DNA from: Octopus vulgaris
Lineage: Eukaryota
Direction: 5' to 3'
DNA length: 64,000 bases
NCBI GenBank assembly: GCA_951406725.2
Contig: OX597832.1
Location: 63,674,001-63,738,000 of the forward strand
Positions 1 to 12,166 of the stretch are shown here, piece after piece. Both the position numbers and the translations under genes were made by a program. Each line of letters starts with the position of its first letter. Positions within the stretch are counted from its first letter, which is position 1. Below the pieces are notes generated by a model, which was not told the DNA's origin, ran no database searches, and worked only from the letters and a program-made list of their open reading frames with translations.

Positions 1-644
1 TGGCCGCAGTCCACTGTCTGAAACAAGTAAAAGATAAAATACGACATAAAAAAAAGAGCAAACCTTTCTTCTTGCATCACAACAGACTCAAAAATATCGA
101 CATCATTAGGAACATCGTTGATGTGGATGTTCTCGACAGACATAGTGGTGACTGAGACAACCAAATCTGTGAACGGTAAACGACGAGGCAGGGAACCCTA
201 CCGGATGTTATCTAACAAGTACAGGGTGGGTTATCTACATTTGTTTAAAAAAATCTAAATGAATTTCGTTGAATTTGAATGCAAATACTATATAAACATC
301 AAATTATTAACAAAACTTATTGAAAATATAAGTTAAAATCTAAAACGAAAAAAGATTTTCGTATTCTTTCAAAAATAATTTAATATAACTATATTTATCA
401 AAATTATGCAAATCAGGTAACCTTGTGTTTATAATTACAATGCTTATTGTAGTATATATAGAAATTCCATAACTGATGCTATTGTGTTGCAAAAAAGGAG
501 AGACGGTTAGCACTCCCCTTGACAAGGACGGAAGAGATCAATCGATCTTTCTAACACATATGGGCATTGCTCTCTACTTCAGAGCAACCTATTTTTTCTT
601 TTCGCTTCTACTTTGCGTTCCTGCACACGTCGTTTCTATTTATC

Positions 645-990
645 ATTTACTTGTTTCAGCCACTGAACTGCGGCCATGCTGGGGCACCGCTTTGTATTGT
701 TCCGTCGAACAAACTAACTGCAGAATTTTTTTCCATCGCTTTGCTTTTGCTGATCCACTAAGTTACTGAAACTTTAATTAACCAACACCGGTTATTAAGA
801 GGTGGTGGGACACACACACGCACGCAGACGACAGGTTTCTTTCCGTTTCCGTTTACCAAATCCAGTTCCAAGACTTTGGCCGACCTGCGGCTATTCTAGA
901 AGATACTAGGTGCCATGAAGTGCGACTGAACCCGGAACAATGTTGATGGAAAGCAAACTTGTTACCACACCGCCGCGTCAGCAATGCATA
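645..990 (-). mobile_element. tRNA-derived SINE, family A (degenerate, CpGs retained)
   Basis: Colinear with the copies at 46710, 55995 and 63385: tRNA-like head with A/B boxes, internal (CA)n, tail ...cagcatggccgcag...gaaacaagtaaa. Confidence 0.8.
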
Positions 991-1013
991 CATATATTCT
1001 GTTTTGGCATACC

Positions 1014-1751
1014 TACACAAGTGTGCCCCTCCTTGAATTTGTTTCCTCATAACTTGCAGAAAAATAGGTATTTTCCAATGAAAATTTCTACAAATAAGCT
1101 TCAGATGGTGTAGATTACTATTATATCGGAATTTAATGTGAAACATTTTTTTTCCAAGCGCAGGCTAGGAAGTTTCGGAAAATTCACACGAATCGGATTT
1201 ATTTCTTCATAACTTTCAGAAAAATGTGTAGTTTTTAGTGAAATTTTCTAAAAGATACCATTCGAATGGTGTAGATTACGATTTTATCCGAAATTTAATG
1301 TGGAAAAAAAAAATTGCTGGGCATGTACACATACATACTGATACACATTACAATTTTATTTTTTTCGAAATTTCGAGTTTCATTTTGCAGATATAAGTTA
1401 TGCGTGTCAGTATGTTTGTGTGTGAGGCAACCATTAAAAAAAAAATATATATATATATATTAAATTCCGATAAAACTGTAATCTACACCCTCTGAAAGGT
1501 ATCTGTAGAAAAATTCTTTAAAAATTACCCATTTTTTCTGAAAGTTATGAGGAAACAAATCCAACCCTTTGAGAATTTTCAGAAACTCCTCTCCCTACCC
1601 TCGGAAAAAATTTTCAACTGCAAATTCCGATATGATCGGGATCTACATCAGCCGAAGCGTATTTGTCGAACATTTCATTAAAAGATACCCATTTCTCCCG
1701 CGCCCTCTGAAAGTTATGAGGAAACAAATTCGGAGCGGGAGCACTCTTGTG
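1014..1751. mobile_element. Foldback/MITE-like element with long modular inverted repeats
   Basis: Termini acacaagtgtgcccc...gaatttgtttcctcataact and agttatgaggaaacaaattc...gagcactcttgtgt are inverted. A ~100-bp module occurs twice forward (1040, 1200) and twice reversed (1460, 1620). Confidence 0.65.
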
Positions 1752-2299
1752 TTGGCAGGTTTCTTTTTCTTTACTCTCGATTCTGTCAATGAACTGCTGG
1801 AACACCACCTTGAAAGATTTAGTCGAATAATTCATTACTTGTTATTTTTTAAAAGTCTGGTATTTGTTCTATCAGTTTCCTTCTGTCAATCCGCTAAGTT
1901 ACAAGAACGTTAATTAATCAATCCCGGTTATCTCGCGGTTGAAGGACAGTTTTCGTCTTCCCGTCTTTCAAATTCACTCTCAAAGCATTGGTCGGGTCAC
2001 GAGTATTGTACAAGAGATTTACTCAAGCTTATGCGCAGGGAGGGGGGGGGGTTAATCCGAAACATCGTGGTTGCAAAGAGAGCTTCGTAACCTCACAGAC
2101 ATACCTGCACCCAGATTAGTATTATAGTTTAAGATAAACATTAACCTTATACAATACAAGATCAATTCTAGAGACAGTCTAAATACATACTTAAAATAAA
2201 ATATGAAAATTAAAGAACTAAATTGTATTTAACAGATTCAATTTAATACATTTCTAAAGCAGGGTCTGCTTGATATTTATTAACCCATTTAAATTCATA

Positions 2300-2640
2300 A
2301 AACGTACTGCGCCATGTATACAGCTCTCCTGCTCCAACCTTACTGCTTTGGCCGCAAACTCGGGTATCGTCACCCGTAACACAGAGGGGAGAAAGACTAT
2401 CAAGTGCAGGAGTCTGACCGGCCGCTATCAGTTTGTGCCGGTCACCATCGAGACCTCAAGTATTCTCGGACCCTTTACTGCCAATTTCCTCTACAAAATC
2501 GGGATAACTGCGGCTCATCTGAGCAGTGAGCCACGCGAGGTGTTGGTACCTGTTGTAGCTAGTGTCGCTGACCATTCTCCTCGTTAACACATTTGCAATT
2601 ATGACCATGAGGCGCAGCGAAATGCCATTTGTTCTGGGGC
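2300..2640 (+). mobile_element. 3' remnant of a CRE-type non-LTR retrotransposon (restriction-like endonuclease domain)
   Basis: Translation ...EGRKTIKCRSLTGRYQFVPVTIETSSILGP...FLYKIG...SSEPRE, then a frameshift to LVSLTILLVN. Matches the K..KY..L...Y.FVP..IET.G.LGP...EPRE...SL.I...N pattern. Confidence 0.75.
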
Positions 2641-3491
2641 CTACAACCTATTACTCTATCTCGCTTATCTTCGACTGCTTAGTCGCCCCCCCCCACGTAT
2701 TTTCCCGTTGTTTCCGTGGTGAGATGGACTTTTAGTGAGCTTTTAGCTTTTAGTTCTCCAATCCACCTGATAATTTGGTCTTTTATACTTTTAATGTTAT
2801 TTTTTTTGTCTTTCTGTAAAAATCTTATTACAATATTCAAATCACTAGCCCTTTTGTTTTCCTCCCCCGGATCTCACAAAAAAACACATATAGCCAACAG
2901 CAGACCCAAAAGTGATGCCCCATTAAAAGTGCGGCCCAGGGCAGACCGCACCCATCGCCTCCCTCCCGTTAGCTACGCTACTGATTCAAATAGTTAATAG
3001 AATATTATGTTTATAGGATGAAAATTAAATGAAGAGAAGTATAGAACATGGTTTATTTAACTGTTATAATTACGATTATTAATTAGAAATATATTTAAAA
3101 AATTCTAAAAGAGAGTATGTGTAATTTTCATTGATTTACATAAAAAATGCAAAGAATAAAATAGTTTAAATACACTGCGTAAAAATTAATCAATTTTAAT
3201 GAATGCAGCATAGTACACAATATTGCACAGTACACCTGGATTTGTGGTTGCGGGATTAGAGATCCGTTAGTATATATAACTATAATCATCGAGTCTGTCA
3301 TTCAAACCATTATATTTATAATTTTCCCCCCGACTTCCAAGGGGACATAATTAAGAATTTACTTAAGAGTTTTACAGTTGTTTCCCTTCAACTATTAAAC
3401 TTCTCAAGTTTGCATCCAATAGAACATCTATATGAAGCGTCCCAGCCGTAATCTTTTCGTTTCTTTTCAAGCAAATGTAATTTATATTACA

Positions 3492-3868
3492 CTAGCAGTA
3501 TCGCCCGGCGTTGCTCGGGTTTGTAAGGGAAATAACTATATAAGCATTTTTAGAGAGTTATAGCCAAAAAATAGGAAAAAAATGATGGTAAATTTTTTTA
3601 AAAATCGTTGACTCATCGTAGACATTTTTAGAGAGTTACTTCCCTTATATAATAGCGAAAAAATGCATTAAAATTGAAAAAAAAGATGGTAAATTTTTTT
3701 TTTAAATCGTAGACTCATCGTAGACGCGCGCTAATACCCAGAAGGGCTCGATATGAATCACGACTATAAGATACCCGGTTTTGGTTAAACTGCACCGCAA
3801 AATGTGGGAGTAGTTAGGAATCTAAATCGAAGGGGACAGACACACAACTTGACTTTTATATATAAAGA
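3492..3868 (-). mobile_element. Non-autonomous Helitron, both ends intact
   Basis: Minus strand begins TC (3868-3867) and ends with hairpin cccgagcaacgccggg followed by CTAG (3495-3492). Inserted between A and T with no TSD; internal ~100-bp duplication. Confidence 0.85.
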
Positions 3869-4766
3869 TTATATTCTCTAATGTCTCCTTCCTTTATTTT
3901 GATACGATTGTATGAATTAAAGGAAATTTAGCTGCTATTTTTGTTGGCTGAGAGATAGGAGAGACGCCCACTCATAATGTTAGTTCCAGATTTTGGCACA
4001 AGGCCAGCAATTTTAGGCGGGGAGGGGGTTAAGTCGATTGCATCGACCTCGATGCTCAACTGGTGATTATTTTATCGACCCTGAAAGGATGAAAGGCAAA
4101 GTTAACCCTGGCGGACGAAATGCCACGAAGCATTTTCCCCGACGAGCTCATGATTCTGCTAGCCGTGTGGCTCGCTCTGCGGCATAAATACAGGTGTAAG
4201 CCCCACACCCACCAACATTGAACTTTGTTTCCTCATAACTTTCTTGAAAATCTTTTGTTCTTTATCTTTTACTTGTTTTAGTCTTGAATAGTCGGACAAA
4301 TCGATCCCGGTACACATTCGTTTTTAAAACACCGTCTGGCACTTACTCTATTTCCCGCTCTTGGCCGAACCGCGAGGCTATGGGGATGCAAACAAACCAA
4401 CAGCAGTTGTCAAGCAATGGTGGAAGACACATCCAGACACATACATACATATTACACACACACACACACTCGCCCATTATTAATTTAGCTCTTTTCATTA
4501 ATTCCAACATGCCTGATTATCAATTTTTCTTCCTACACCTACACCATCGCCTCAAACTTTACCTAACCATTAATTCAGATATGTTCTTTTCCCTGTCCTC
4601 ATTTCTACTTGTAGAAGAGCGTAGTAGGCTCGAAACAGCAAAGACTTTTTCCATTTTTCCTGAATGCCACAATAATACACCCTATTTGTTGTTCCTTTAC
4701 CTGCCTGTTTGTCACGTGTACGCGCGCGCGTGTGTATGTGTGTCAAAGAACACAAATGGGATTTAA

Positions 4767-4853
4767 TATTTTCGACAGCTGTTTCGGTAGGATTTTATTG
4801 ATGTATTCGTAAATTACGTCATAGCATACAAACAACCATCTTCAGGTAAAATA
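4767..4853 (-). ncRNA. Minimal type-I hammerhead ribozyme motif (C3-G8 core, long loop II)
   Basis: tattttac-CTGAAGA-t-ggt...acc-GAAAC-AGCT-GTC^-gaaaata. Palindromic stem III ACAGCTGT, GUC cleavage triplet, ATTAAA immediately downstream. Confidence 0.7.
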
Positions 4854-5194
4854 ATAAATAGGTATAAACAAGGGCGATGATACCTCGATGAGTCCAACCA
4901 ACGTTGAATAAGTGGCATTTTAAAAAATAACATTCGAATTTATAGAGAAAATAGAACGAATGGCGAAAACGGGCATGCGAAAAGCAAAAAGATCAAATGA
5001 GTCAGTTGTTTCAAAGCAGTTATCTTAATTTATCTTGGCAAATGAGGACATACGAGAAATACAGATATGCTATGGCCGAAAGACGTCCTTAGGCAATTAA
5101 AACCAGAAAGATATCTCGTCAGTTAAGTGAGATAACAGGAAGCAAACCTCGGAGCAGCAGAAAGTCATAAAACTGTTATAGCTTTTTCACACAT

Positions 5195-5248
<54 letters not shown>

Positions 5249-5289
5249 ACACACACACACTCACACACACACACACATTAATACACACG

Positions 5290-5327
<38 letters not shown>

Positions 5328-5413
5328 CATATATACATACCCGTACATACATACATAAATGCATACATATTTGGAAATGGATGCGTGGCGTTAAATTAAA
5401 TGATAAATAGTAA

Positions 5414-5496
<83 letters not shown>

Positions 5497-5686
5497 TCTC
5501 ACACACATATATATATATACATATGTCGGTGAATGTTCGAAATGAAGAGTAGACAGCCGACAACTGATGAAAGGTCGTTTTCTATGCTTACTTGTCCTTT
5601 TTCCATTTTCTCTCTCGTTGTTTGCGTATTTAACTCATTTGTTGTCGTATTTCATGTTGTTTACACACACACACACACACACAGAC

Positions 5687-5755
<69 letters not shown>

Positions 5756-5759
5756 TGTG

Positions 5760-6865
5760 GAAAAAAAGTCAAGATAGAAAATGCTAAAATAATTTGATAA
5801 AAAACATTTCAGTACTGGTTTCAGTCATTGAAACTTTTTCAACTGTAAGTATGGAAAACAATTAAATTTGAAAAAATTAAAAGAAAAGTTTTTTTAAAAG
5901 AATATTTGTATAGCGTGCAAATACAAGTGGCATTTTCCTTGTTTCTGCCTGTCTCTGTCTCTCTTGTGTGTTCGATGTCATTGTGAATTCTTAGTAGGGA
6001 AGAAGAAGAAAAAGAAGAAGAAGAAGAAGAAGAAGAAGAAGAAGAAGAAGAAGAAGAAGAAGAAGAAGAAGAAGAAGAAGAAGAAGAAGAAGAAGAAGAA
6101 GAAGAAGAAGGAGGAGGAGAAGAAGAAGGAGAAGAAGAAGAAGAAGAAGAAGAAGAAGAAGAAGAAGAAGAATGTGGGAGTGCCATGACAGTATTATGTT
6201 GAATGGTCAGCTGCTCTGCCTCTAAAATGACCCGCTGTGGATGGTAGTAGTCACTGGTCAATTCATGAAACATCTCTTTTGGATGAATGCTTTGTGTATA
6301 AAGTTTGCGTAGGTGTTATTCTAAATAGCAATAGTAGTAAAGTTAGGAAGGAGACAAAGAAGAAGAAGAAGGAAAAGGAAGAGAAAGGAGATTAAGAAGG
6401 AATGTTGGTAGTGTGAAGGTAGTAAGGTGTTAAATGTTTGAATGACTTAAAATTGGCTCGTTATGGATTATAGCAGTGATTGGGTCTGTTTTCTAATGAA
6501 TACTTGGGAATCTCTTGAGTGTATCCTTTTTAATATTTGCGTGTGTATTCGTGTTATTCTAAGGCCGTGGTGAATATATCGTTTGTCGTAGACGCGTTCA
6601 AAAGGGGTCAGTATTTTGTAATAAAGAGAGTCTCTTTACTAATTCGTTGGCTCCAGATTGTATCGTCCGTGAATTGGTGGAGGAAAAAAATTCTAAAGCT
6701 TGGATTTTTGTTATTGGCGCAAATGTCTATGTGTTGGCTGAATGCTATTTTTCTGTTTTGGGAAATTTTCATCTGGGATCTGTGCAGAGCCATTCTTTTA
6801 CATAGACTGTTCTTTGTTTGGCCTATGTATTGCTCTTGACAATCATGTATATATATATGTAAAGA
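5760..6865 (-). mobile_element. Penelope-like element 3' part: GIY-YIG endonuclease pseudogene plus 3' UTR with (TTC)n
   Basis: YIHDCQEQYIGQTKNSLCKRMALHRSQ...HIDIC...RISKETLFITKY*PLLN is a PLE-type GIY-YIG domain (YIGQT, R..H, E...I...P.LN). Confidence 0.85.
5807..5848 (-). ncRNA. Hammerhead motif with U3-A8 core at the 3' end of a Penelope-like element
   Basis: ttacag-TTGAAAA-agt(ttcaatg)act-GAAA-CCAG-TA^-ctgaaa. Lies downstream of the GIY-YIG fragment on the same strand; stem I is weak. Confidence 0.55.
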
Positions 6866-6874
6866 CATTATCAT

Positions 6875-7575
6875 AAAAGCGGTCGACAAGGGTCGAGCCG
6901 TGGTGATGTGGTGCGCAGACCTCTACAAGGCTGAAGCTCTTCGCCAACTTCAAAACACCTCCTTCTATTGCCCTCTGCCTTCCAACGCCTAGCTACCAAC
7001 AGACTGTGTTCTCCACTATCCATGACCTCATCTCCTCCACCCGTTCCCCTCCTACCGCCTCCAACCTCATTGTCCGCACTCTTTGCAACCCCACCATTTA
7101 CTCCCTTCCCCAAATCCACAAACCCAAGAACCCTGGCTGCCCTACCGTCTCAGTCTGTAACAGCCCCACAGAATTGATCGCAAAATACCACGACCATGAC
7201 CTTGCCTCCTAGTGGCTTACCTCCCCTCACACATACACGACACTAACCATGTTCTTCGTCTTGTCATATCTCTTTCTCCTTTCCTACTGGCCCCTCTAAA
7301 CTTCTCTTCACTCTTGATATCAAAAATCTATATACGGTGAGCCCACACCACGAAGGATTTCTTGTCCTCAAACACCTCCTAGACCTTCGACCCAAAACCC
7401 AATCTGACACATCCACACTTCGTCTGCCCGAACTTGTTCTCTCCCTCAGGTACTTCTCGTTAGCGGGGGAGTTTTACCGTCCAGTCTCGGGAGTGGCCAT
7501 GGGAACGAGGATGGGCCCCAACTATGCGAACCTGTTCATTGGCTGCATTGAGGCCCAAGTATTTTCAAGATTCAC
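6875..7575 (+). mobile_element. Penelope-like element reverse transcriptase fragment (frameshifted)
   Basis: KAVDKGRAVV, IYSLPQIHKP..PGCPTVS.CNSPTE, LFTLDIKNLYT, YFSLAGEFYRPVSGVAMGTRMGPNYANLF are PLE RT motifs. Truncated at (TA)n. Confidence 0.9.
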
Positions 7576-7584
7576 TATATATAT

Positions 7585-7664
<80 letters not shown>

Positions 7665-7673
7665 GTATATATA

Positions 7674-8920
7674 CTAGTAGTATAATCCGGTCTTGCCCGG
7701 GATTAAATTACGATTATTAAGCTAATCAAGTTCTTTATTTCAAACCAAACTAATATAGACATCAAATTTGGGCGAAATCCGTTGAAATTAGTTATATTAT
7801 ATATACATATATATATTATATATATTATATCTATATAATATAATATAAATATATATGGGCAACAGACACGAACACACATACAAACACGTACGTAGGTAAA
7901 CCTATTGCATGTTTTGTGCACGCATACATGTTCATAAACAGAAATGAATGGAAAAAGTGTTGTTAAATTTGTAGATTAACACTCGTACAATTTTCACTAA
8001 GAAGAAAAAATCGTTTTTTTAGCATGGAATCAACTACTCTGGCCTCAAACCCCTTTTTGTGGTCCGTGAAACGGAGTGGGATGTGGTGGAAGCCTTGCAA
8101 ATTATATTGTGTAATTCACTGACAAATTGTTACTCACCTCTTTGTTTCTTTGCTGTTAAATAAATGGATTGTCAACAAAACACTTTTTTACTCGGCGTAA
8201 AATAAAGACAAAACTTTCGCACCCAAAGTAATGTGTGAGAGAGAGAGTGAGCGGAGGAGAAAGATGAACGATTTAAAATAAATAAATGATTTAAAATAAA
8301 TACATTGTAATTGTTGTGTGAGAAAGTATATATACTATGATTATAAAATATAGGGTCTTTCAAAAACACCCAGAATTTGAATACTATATCTCGTGTTTAA
8401 GAAAAAAACAAAGCATTTTACATTTTATTTTTTATGAACGTCGTCACTTTCTCTCTCTCACTTTGTCTTTCCATTTTTTGTTTAGACGCTGTGAAACTGC
8501 TTCTCTTCCACTTTTCTTTATCTTGTTTTTTTTTGTTAGACGCCGTCAAAAAGCTATGGCTGATATTTTTTATGAACATCGTCACTTACTCTCTCTTTCT
8601 CCCCCTCTCTCTCTCACTTTGTCTTTCCCTTTTTTTGTTTAGACGCTGTGAAACTCTGCTTCTCTTTCACTTTTCTTTATCTTATTGTTTTTGTTAGACG
8701 CCGTCAAAAAGCTATGGCTGAAAATTAATTTTTACCGCTAAAAGCTATGGCTGAAAATAGATTTTTACCGCTATCCGCGGGTGCCTCGGGAAAAAAATAA
8801 GTTGAAAAAACCCAGATAGGATTTTGACGAATGTCCTCCTAAAATTTGAGCGACATACGTGCTAATTTGTGGATGTGCATAAACTACAATCACGTACACA
8901 CACACACATCTTGCCGTCTA

Positions 8921-8925
<5 letters not shown>
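7674..8925 (-). mobile_element. Non-autonomous Helitron-like element
   Basis: 3' end is hairpin cccgggcaagaccgga followed by CTAG at 7677-7674 next to T. Internal ~140-bp tandem duplication (8430-8720); the 5' end merges into (TA)n. Confidence 0.65.
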
Positions 8926-8978
<53 letters not shown>

Positions 8979-9165
8979 TGCATGTATGTATACAATTATA
9001 ATATAAAAGGATAATAAGGTTAACAATTTTATCAGTGACCAGCATATCAAAAATAGACCAGAATTTTCGACTCAAATAAAATATTACAAACTACACCAAA
9101 TCGTTGTTAGACTATCATCATCAGTGGAGTCTCGACCGACTGGTTTGTACTAGCATCGTATAAGT

Positions 9166-9421
9166 TGTAATAATGAAGTCAAACCTAACAGTGGTATTTT
9201 GAAATAATTAAACGCGCACGTTTCCGGTTTACGTAATATAAATAATAGGAAAATGTATCCATTGCGTATAACTATTTCAGACTATATATACTGAAATATT
9301 TCCATCAATTTCTTTATAGTTTGAAATGTTTTATCTGAGGAAGTTATACGTAATGGATGCATGAAACGTACGTGTTAAATTATTTCAAAATATCACTTTT
9401 AGGTTTGACTTCATTATTACA
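9166..9421. mobile_element. MITE with ~59-bp terminal inverted repeats
   Basis: tgtaataatgaagtcaaacctaa...gtttc versus gaaac...ttaggtttgacttcattattaca, plus inner IR tgtatccattgcgtataact / agttatacgtaatggatgca. A related fragment lies at 12075-12130. Confidence 0.75.
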
Positions 9422-9428
9422 TCACAAC

Positions 9429-9463
<35 letters not shown>

Positions 9464-9915
9464 CGCGTGCGTGCGTGCGTGTGTGTTCAGGCACGTGGCT
9501 TAGTGGTTAGAGTGTTGCACTCATTTTCGTAAGATCGTGGTTTCGATTCCGAGACTGGGTGTTCTTAAGTAAAATATTCCATTTGACTTTGCTCCATCCA
9601 CTCAGCTGGCGAAAGACTTCATAATTATTTTTTTTTAGATGATGCGGCTACGAATTTCTGGAAAAGAGAATAAAAGATTTGGGGTCCTCATTTGATTTCA
9701 TTTTTAGCCAATTTTCCAGATATTCCAGCAGAGAAACCCTAGTATGGAGCCATAACGATTTTGTTCATTCAGCTGCTTGTCTTGTTGTAATAATCGTTAT
9801 TAACAAAGGGCAGTGTGGTGGGGGGCACAGATTTAGGGGAAGAGGTTAGTCGATACGGTCAACCCAGATTGATACTTTATTTTTTCGACCGCCGAAGGAT
9901 AAAAGGCAAAGCTGA

Positions 9916-9975
<60 letters not shown>

Positions 9976-9976
9976 T

Positions 9977-10055
<79 letters not shown>

Positions 10056-10106
10056 CCTATCTATCTGTTTGCCTGCCTGTCTATCTGTTTCTCTCTCTCA
10101 CTCTCT

Positions 10107-10172
<66 letters not shown>

Positions 10173-10209
10173 GTCTATCTATCTATCTATCTATCTATTC
10201 ACACACTCA

Positions 10210-10279
<70 letters not shown>

Positions 10280-10342
10280 TTGAGAGAACGAAGGCGTTAA
10301 ATTTTCCCCGTTTTGAGAAGCTTCAACAATTTCTTTCTCCTA

Positions 10343-10418
10343 TGACGTCACAGCTCTCCATCAATCACGTGAACAAAGGGAAAATCATTTGACTGCCGCA
10401 AAAATAGCAATGACGTCA
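10343..10418. promoter_or_regulatory. Cluster of two perfect CRE sites and one E-box
   Basis: TGACGTCA at 10343-10350 and 10411-10418, TCACGTGA at 10365-10372, in a unique island between microsatellites. Confidence 0.5.
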
Positions 10419-10911
10419 TCTCGATTCTTCAGTCTTTTCAATATCTTCTTCTACCACCATATTTCTGATCCATTTTCGAAATTAAATTATTCTGATTGAT
10501 CATCTCTTTCTTCCTTCATTCCTTCTTTCTATTTTCCGTTATTGTTTATATCTGTTTTCAATCTCCTTTGCTTTCTTACTCTTCATTTCTTTTACATTTT
10601 GTTTGTTTGTTTGTTTCTTTCTTTCTTTTTGCCTTCTCTTTCTTTTTTTCGTTCATTCATTCTTTCCTTTATTTCCTTCTTCTCTTCTCCCACCTATTTC
10701 GCTTTCTTACTCTTCATTTCTTTTACACTTTCTTTCTTTCTTTCTTTTTCTATTTCTTCCGCTTCTCTCTCTCTCTCTCTCTCTCTACCCTTTTTCTTTC
10801 TTTCATCTTTTATCCGCATCTCTTTGTCTTTCATTATCAACTGTTGTTTTCTTCATTTATTTTAGTTTTCTCCGTTTAAAATATTCCTTCTCTTCAATTC
10901 TTCACACTCCC

Positions 10912-10946
<35 letters not shown>

Positions 10947-11530
10947 TCCTTCCTTCTTTCTCTCTCTCTTTCTTTCTTTTTTCTTTCTTTCTTCCTTCCC
11001 GTTTCTCTTTCGTTTTGTTTCCTTTTCTTCATTCCTGTTTCTTTAACCATTTCTTGCTTATTTTTCTGTCTTCTTTTACTTCCTCTTATTTCGTTCATTC
11101 CTTTCACTTCTTCCATTCCTTTTCTTGCCATTCTTCACTCGCCTTTGTTTCTAGTCTTTCTTTTCCTTTCCTTTCCTTTCCAACTCCTTCCACTCCCTCC
11201 AATCATTTTACCATCCTCTCCTGCCAACAATGTCTTGCTTTCATTCATTCTTTTAGTCCAGTTTGTTTACCTTTTACCAATTCCGTCTTCAGTAATTTCT
11301 ATCGTCTGCTGAACAGCAATCATTGATTTGAATTTTTTTTATTCATCTCTCTCTCTCTCTCTCAAAACGATACAAATTTCAATGAATTCTATTATTTCTA
11401 AGTAGTCTTCATATTGTGTACCAAGTATACACGCATTTCTTTTTTCTTTCTTTCATTTTTTTCCCTCTTCACCATTCTATATAAATCTCACACTTTATAT
11501 GTCAGTCTTTGTATCGTCTCCCTCATCTGT

Positions 11531-11543
11531 CGCCCCCTGGTGG
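11531..11543 (-). promoter_or_regulatory. CTCF-type core motif CCACCAGGGGGCG
   Basis: Direct 13-bp match to the bilaterian CTCF consensus in otherwise AT-rich DNA. Confidence 0.5.
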
Positions 11544-11814
11544 GAAACAAAAGGAATCATCATCATCGTCATCGTTAACAACACCGTCACACACAATCAT
11601 CACCACCACCCCACGCCAACAGCGATGTCGCCACCGATGTCATCATCATCATCGTCGTCGTCGTTGTCATCTACGAATCATACGAGAGAAACACGGAAGT
11701 AACTGCAACTAATTACGATGTTTCTTTAATTAGCATAGTTCCACTGACATCATATATTATACTTATATGTGAGTAATTTCAGACTCGCTAGCAACAATCT
11801 CACAAGTCGCTTAC

Positions 11815-11850
<36 letters not shown>

Positions 11851-12166
11851 CGTTCGCACGCATGCACAGCTTCATCATCACCACCACCAACCACCAACCA
11901 CCACTGCCACCACCACCATCACCACCAGCATCATGATCATTATCATTACTATCTTCATTTAACCGCCCTTTTCCATCCTGGCAGGAGTTGGATAGTTTAA
12001 CAGAATCCAAAGCTTACCAAAGCCTTGTGAGTGAATATGGCAGACGGAAACTGAAAGAAGCCCGTCATATATTTCGAAATGTTTTAACTGTGGATGTTAT
12101 ACGTAATGGATGCATTTCCTATTATATATATTTTGCAAACTTCAAAGCACGTCATATATACATGTA

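Noticed and set aside
2640-2985. hAT-like element ending tagctacgctactg
   Set aside because: Only one terminus visible; no matching TIR or TSD.
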